Origin: Lingula anatina
Taxonomy: Eukaryota > Animalia > Brachiopoda
Assembly (NCBI GenBank): GCA_051362555.1
Contig: CM120648.1
Location: forward strand, 20,208,587-20,272,586
Reading direction: 5' to 3'
DNA length: 64,000 nt
The translations under genes and the position numbers were made by a program. This document shows, piece by piece, positions 61,150 to 64,000 of the stretch (position 1 is its first letter; the number at the start of each line of letters is the position of its first letter). The notes under the pieces were generated by a model. That model saw nothing but the letters and a program-made list of their open reading frames with translations. It was not told where the DNA came from and ran no database searches.

Positions 61150-61150
<1 letters not shown>

Positions 61151-61195
<45 letters not shown>
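61151..61195 (+). repeat. Poly-A run
   Basis: About 45 A residues. Confidence 0.9.
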
Positions 61196-61197
<2 letters not shown>

Positions 61198-64000
61198 TCT
61201 GAACTAGATCGAAATATATTAACTGCCATATGTTTAAAGGGTGCCTTTCCGATGTAGACGCTTAAATAGGGCTTTCTCTGAAACTTTGCCTATTTTATCC
61301 TGGACCCCAAAGCATGTCTCACCCGAAACGGTTGAGTAAATAAAGGTCAAGGTACAGATTTTTAAGATCACTTAAAGAAAAAAAAGCACAGCATTTATTT
61401 TCGTCTAAACTTCTCGCCATTAGTCCCCTACGCTTGGAATTCTGGGACTTGCCTCAATTTGCATATGAATGAATACTACTGTGTGCTACGCTCTGGATAG
61501 GACCCGGATGTCACTGCAAACCAAGATGGAGGGTAGTCCGAGCACACGTGGGTTGAAAGAGAGGAAATTAGTCTACGGGACAATGAAAAAGGAAATAAAA
61601 CGGGAAATGCAGACGCAGAGGATGTTTTTTCACTGGCAGGCCAACAAGGTAGACAAAGCAGAAGTAGAAACTAAAACTGACGCGAGAAACTGACACGAGA
61701 AACTGACAAAAATTCTGCCAGATACGGGTAGGTTATTTCGATCTCTTATCACGTCCGACTCATTTATTGACAACATATTCAGGGGGCGGATTTAGGCCGT
61801 CTTCTGGTTCTGCCGGAAAACGGTCAGATTTTCAAGTTTTTATTGACGGTATATGTAATATTTCTGTCGGAAGGCGGTCAAAAATGGAGGATGGATCAAT
61901 ATAATTTGGAAGACTGTCAGATCTAGAAGCGCTATCTACTAAATCTTTATACAGGCCTCTTTTCTAATGGGACTGACATTACAAGATAGTATGCTCTAAA
62001 ATATACTGATTTTAATTATACACGTGTGTGTTAAAACCTTGACGTTAAGGATATCGTAAGCCTTTATTATCCACATTCCTAACAACAATAGGTGCAACTT
62101 TTGTAACGATCGGTTGCTCAGATAGTGAGTTATACTTGGCAGCGATTCACTTATCTCGTCAATATAGAAAGCTGTTAAAAGAGCCAAAAACGTTCACAGG
62201 CTGGTTAACAGGGCTTATTAGTCAAATGCTTAGCTGGCAAATTTACCCGTTTCAATGGCTCTTCCTCGGCAATCGAGTTATTTTACCTGAGAGATTCCTT
62301 CTTTGTTATCGGCAAAGTGATCACATAAAACTGTGTCGAGAGCAAGTGTCCGTCACTTATGTTAATACGAGTTTTTTGACGGGTAACGCTGCAGGATTAT
62401 TTTGCACGACACTTGGTAATCGTCAGATCAACGGAAAAATCCAGTGATTACTTCATAGCGGTATTTCTCAAAATGCCAGCTAAGATAAAGGGGAGACGCT
62501 CAGCTGCACAAGAATCAGCGATAAAAGTGGCTGAGAGAAGGCTTTTGAATAAATATTTTATTTTTACACACATGACACTTAGACCCTATTTGCTTTTTAC
62601 CTGCTAGTCTTGACTATTCTCGGGGTCTTTTTGTGATTTTCATTTTTGGATACATTTTGAACTCCTTCTTCCCGCTTGATCAGTGATTTTGAAATTGTTT
62701 TTCTCCAAACATCGCAAAATGCAAAGCCGCTAACATGCGTTTTTATTTTTATTGTTTTAATCATGATGTCAACCCTTGCTTGGATTTCTCTCGTTTGGCC
62801 ATTCACATCACAATTTTTCGCGTGTCTCTCAAGCTCCATGATATCATATCTTGGAGAATAAAATTTTATTTTGTCAACATTAGATTTACCTTTTACAAAA
62901 GGCGACCAACAATCATTTCCGGTTTCGTAACGTGTCGCAGATACGCTCGCCGATATATATTGCAAAAATTAGACAGGCTAAAAGTATCCTTTTGAGCGTT
63001 TTTTTTTTTTTTATTTATCGATTTTTCTTTCATTTGTCAATTAATTTAGACGATTCGATTAACTCTTTTGCCCATTTATTAGGTATTCAGAAATCAGGCA
63101 TCCGTCTGAACAAATACGACCGGTTTTCCCCAACCGCCACGCATAGGCCCTACTCTCTTTCAAAATTTTCTTTCTTTCCTCAGGAAATGGACATTTAACA
63201 CGAACTTTTCTCTTCCCAATAGTGTACTAGCTAGACTTCTTCGCTGCTAAGCTGATGTAAGATTTATGACCTATTACCGCACACGTAATCGGCTTATAAC
63301 TCATTAACTGTGCTCCGACCCCCTCATGGCAACGGCCCTTAGTAACAGAGGCGTGGCTTAGTTGTCAGGCTGACTGAGGCGCGTGCCGGATGAAAAACTC
63401 ATCAAAAGACACATTTTGCGATGCAAATTCATAAAAATTATTACATCCAACGTTAGAAACTTTTTTGATTTATATAAACACACAAAAAACTAAAAAACAT
63501 GATTTTAAGCGTATTTAACCCTATCACCGGCCTTAAAATATTAAAATATGAGGATTGTAGACAGGGTCGTTCTCCATTTATTGTGCTGAATGTCAATGTG
63601 AATTTGAATTTGACCTTATACAGTTTGGATCAAATCCTAATGCTGCTTGCGTTATTATTACAAGGGCTTTGCTACTTCAGTGGTCCTTCCGATCTTCACA
63701 CGTGTTTGTTTCATTATTCAGTTCAGTAGTTGATGGAGAGGTATAATGTCAGCTTCAGAATAAAACAGGCGATCGTGTGTTTGCATACCTCTACAATTCA
63801 AAGTCGCCTAACACAACAGAGGGGGGCTTCTGACAGTATTTCAATTTAATCAGCACTTATCAGTGGCAACAAGACAGTAGAGTGATACTATATGCAGCTG
63901 AGGGGATTTTTCTGACAGTAAGTCAATATAACCAGCTGATCTCGTGATATTGTGTCTCGACGTACCGGGTAACGACCATGAGTCATGGGTTTATATGCTC

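Noticed and set aside
61780-61950. hAT-like MITE starting CAGGGGGCGGATTTAGG
   Set aside because: Right TIR and TSD could not be established.

Overview
AT-rich, repeat-dense animal genomic DNA; a lophotrochozoan/mollusc origin is inferred from the gene and TE repertoire, not proven. The main host gene is a minus-strand inhibitor-of-apoptosis (IAP/BIRC) gene that I assembled by hand into 8 coding exons (47135 down to 21984; 3960 nt, about 1319 aa; all GT-AG junctions phase-consistent). It has 3 BIR domains, a UBA, a poly-Lys exon and a C-terminal RING, preceded by an unusual ~690-aa N-terminal extension with signal-peptide-like and TM-like hydrophobic segments and a Cys-rich region between them. 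Its last intron (22181-40887) holds a four-level nest: an Ngaro/PAT-type tyrosine-recombinase retrotransposon contains a deleted BEL/Pao LTR element, which contains a full-length Tx1/L1-clade LINE, whose ORF2 5' end is split by a 5-kb insert. Elsewhere: an intact BEL/Pao element with apparently identical LTRs (1641-7953), a Tc1 fossil, a 3.9-kb 51-bp satellite with higher-order structure just downstream of the IAP stop, a degenerate Gypsy element with a nested MITE and solo LTR, an inverted pair of Harbinger-type MITEs, other MITEs and microsatellites. No rRNA, tRNA or CRISPR array is supported. All alignments and domain calls were made by eye.
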